Positions 63,121-64,000 of a DNA stretch of 64,000 nt are shown here, one piece after another. A program made the translations under genes and the position numbers. The DNA comes from Rhina ancylostomus (lineage: Eukaryota), in NCBI GenBank assembly GCA_030265395.1, contig JARFYF010000065.1, positions 12,291,184 through 12,355,183 on the forward strand. The letters run 5' to 3'. How positions within the stretch are numbered: position 1 is the first letter of the stretch; every line of letters begins with the position of its first letter. The notes under the pieces are model-generated. The model was not told where the DNA came from and did no database searches. It worked only from the letters and a program-made list of their open reading frames with translations.

Positions 63121-64000
63121 CGTTCCAATTTATTGAACTGCAAAACAAAGCACAAAGGTCCATTAAAGCATCTCGCATACAGTTTCCCACTACAGATAGT
63201 ACCACTGACTGGTACTATCCAGCAAGCTCACTGCCGTTTATAAAAAAATATAAATCTCTCAGGGCATCACTGCCCACACCAACATTTAATGCTCATCCCT
63301 AATTGCTCTTGGACTGAATGACTTGATGTCATGTCAGGAGGCAGCAGAGTCGACCACATAGGGTGGAATCAGATACGGATAAGGATCACAGATTTCTTCT
63401 CCCAGAGAACATTAGTGAATTAGTTTAATTTTTAGGATTCCCAACTTGTTGCTTTAAATTCCCCAGCTGCTGAGGTGTAATTTGATGTCATTGGTTTGAG
63501 CCATTAGTCCAGGCCTCCCGATTATTAGTCTAGTATCATTAATTCTAATCCTAAACATTAATGTTAATACTAAACTGCTGCACACCTTGGTGCAAGATCA
63601 TCCAAACTTTGTGTGACTTTACAGACACAAGATTTAATTTTCCTAGCAATCTAGTGAGCTGGTCCTTTGTGTATTGTGGATTGAATTGGCTTCCAAGATG
63701 ATCCAAGGGGAAGATGTTGTTCATAGTTTGTCAATGGTTTATAACAACAGTCAGAATCCCTGTTCTGTACCAAGCTGGTAGCTCTCCGCTCTGGGCTCTA
63801 CAATTTTTCAGTGTTCCCAATCGTGTTCCAACTCACAGTTCTTTGTGATATCTGAAGAAAGTACAGGAGGTGACCATTCAGTCCATCTTAAGTAATCTAG
63901 AAACATTCTACAACACTACACTATCAATTTAGTATTCAATGGTTTTCCCATTAATTCCTGGATTTTCACCCCAGCTGTTCTGTCTGTAAATCCATTGCAT

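Overview
Vertebrate genomic DNA with several N-gaps. The repeat content (HE1-like V-SINEs, Deu-domain SINEs, CR1 LINE 3' ends, Penelope-type terminal repeats) points to a shark or ray; this is an inference. Four spliced genes could be rebuilt by hand from GT-AG boundaries and phase continuity, largely outside the ORF track. (1) The last two exons of FDX2 (+, 2297-3406). (2) FBXL12 (+, exons 6755-6827 and 7221-8033; the F-box start exon was not found and probably lies in the 4953-5609 gap). (3) A complete 10-coding-exon ATG4D (+, 19446-41075, 524 aa) with a CpG-island promoter near 12.4-13.0 kb. (4) A CCDC159-like coiled-coil gene (-, about 50611-63120). The human orthologues all map to 19p13.2. 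The most notable non-genic signal is a family of short, often fold-back elements carrying minimal type-I hammerhead ribozyme motifs (CTGAnGA-stem II-GAAAC-GTH-stem I). Other points of interest are a uORF cluster at the ATG4D start, a DEVD-to-VEVD change at the ATG4D caspase site, an ATG4C-like loop in ATG4D, a perfect 22-bp intronic hairpin, a solo LTR with its TSD next to an RT relic, and antisense exon-like units inside FDX2 and ATG4D introns. All homology calls rest on recalled protein and repeat sequences; no database search was run.
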